Source of the DNA: a virus
Lineage: Duplodnaviria; Caudoviricetes
Strand: one strand, 5' to 3'
DNA: 64,000 bases
IMG/VR virus record: IMGVR_UViG_3300049573_000219
Span: 32,001-96,000 of that record
Below the pieces are notes generated by a model that worked only from the letters and a program-made list of their open reading frames with translations, had not been told where the DNA came from and ran no database searches. Below are positions 63,476-64,000 of the stretch, piece after piece. Both the position numbers and the translations under genes were made by a program. Numbering within the stretch: the stretch's first letter is position 1; every line of letters starts with the position of its first letter.

Positions 63476-64000
63476 GTGACGACCATCGGTGACATCATCT
63501 ATGAAGAACTGCCCGCTTTCATGGAGCGGACCGGGAAGAAAAAGCTCAGGGTCCTGGAGGTCGGCGTTCTGCGGAATCTGGACCAGGAGCACCTGAAGGG
63601 GGACGGCCACTCCACCCTCGCCTTCGCCCGGCTGCTCAAGCAGCACCCCGGAAGCTCCTACGTCGGTATCGACCTCGACCCGTGGGAGGCCCGCCGGGCG
63701 GTCGACGCGGAAGGACTCGGCGGGATCTGCGAGTTCTACGAGGGCGACTCCGTCGGAACCATGACCGAGCTGAAGATCGACGGCGAGAAGTTCGACGTCA
63801 TCTACCTCGACGCCGACAACGACGGCGCCTCCACCTTCCGTGAGTACCTGCTGGCGCTCGATCTCGTCGAGCGGCCCGGCCTCATCATGGGCGACGACAT
63901 GAACACCGACCACCCCGAAGTGCGCAAGGGTCGGGTCCTCATCCCCTTCCTCAAGGAGGACGGCGCCAGTTTCAAGCTGCGCCAGAGGAACACCCCGTGG
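63476..64000 (+). CDS. Class I SAM-dependent methyltransferase (Methyltransf_24-like), 3'-truncated by the window
   Basis: VLEVG...GHST...GIDLD...EGDS...FDVIYLDA...GLIMGDD. Confidence 0.85.
   Translation, partial: MTTIGDIIYEELPAFMERTGKKKLRVLEVGVLRNLDQEHLKGDGHSTLAFARLLKQHPGSSYVGIDLDPWEARRAVDAEGLGGICEFYEGDSVGTMTELKIDGEKFDVIYLDADNDGASTFREYLLALDLVERPGLIMGDDMNTDHPEVRKGRVLIPFLKEDGASFKLRQRNTPW

Larger units (their letters stand above)
1..64000. mobile_element. Segment of a large actinobacteriophage (Streptomyces-type) genome, probably spanning the genome-end junction near 56-57.7 kb
   Basis: Dense small-ORF operons with overlapping stop/start codons; phage-type genes (ThyX, PNKP, ArdA-like, TerS-like, MazG-like); no host housekeeping clusters. 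Confidence 0.88.

Overview
A 64-kb slice of a large, high-GC (about 70%) actinobacteriophage genome, most likely a big Streptomyces-type siphovirus. This is inferred from gene content, codon style and SD/promoter style; no database was searched. There are no host housekeeping operons, rRNA, tRNA, CRISPR array or integrase. Layout: (i) 1-8.7 kb, mixed-strand genes (MazG-like, HTH proteins, MmcB-like nuclease, TerD, DUF6582-like). (ii) 8.7-54.9 kb, about 110 tightly packed, mostly small, acidic leftward genes typical of an early/host-takeover arm (ParB-like, PNKP phosphatase, macrodomain, two ArdA-like proteins, many paralog pairs). (iii) 54.95-57.66 kb, no credible ORFs: a 1.1-kb highly base-paired segment, then a repeat-rich, AT-richer segment that probably contains the genome terminus. 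(iv) 57.7-64 kb, ThyX, two methyltransferases, a protealysin-like M4 protease, a PnuC-like protein and a probable small terminase subunit. The most striking signals are non-coding. They are a candidate large structured RNA (55.0-56.05 kb); at least 12 intergenic hairpins sharing a covarying UUCNG...CN'GUG base; a 12-bp operator-like palindrome (YGRCCTAGGYCR) at 9 promoters; promoters whose -35 box forms exactly a hairpin loop; and a conserved GACGGAAG start-associated motif. Protein family calls come from motif recognition by eye and need HMM confirmation.
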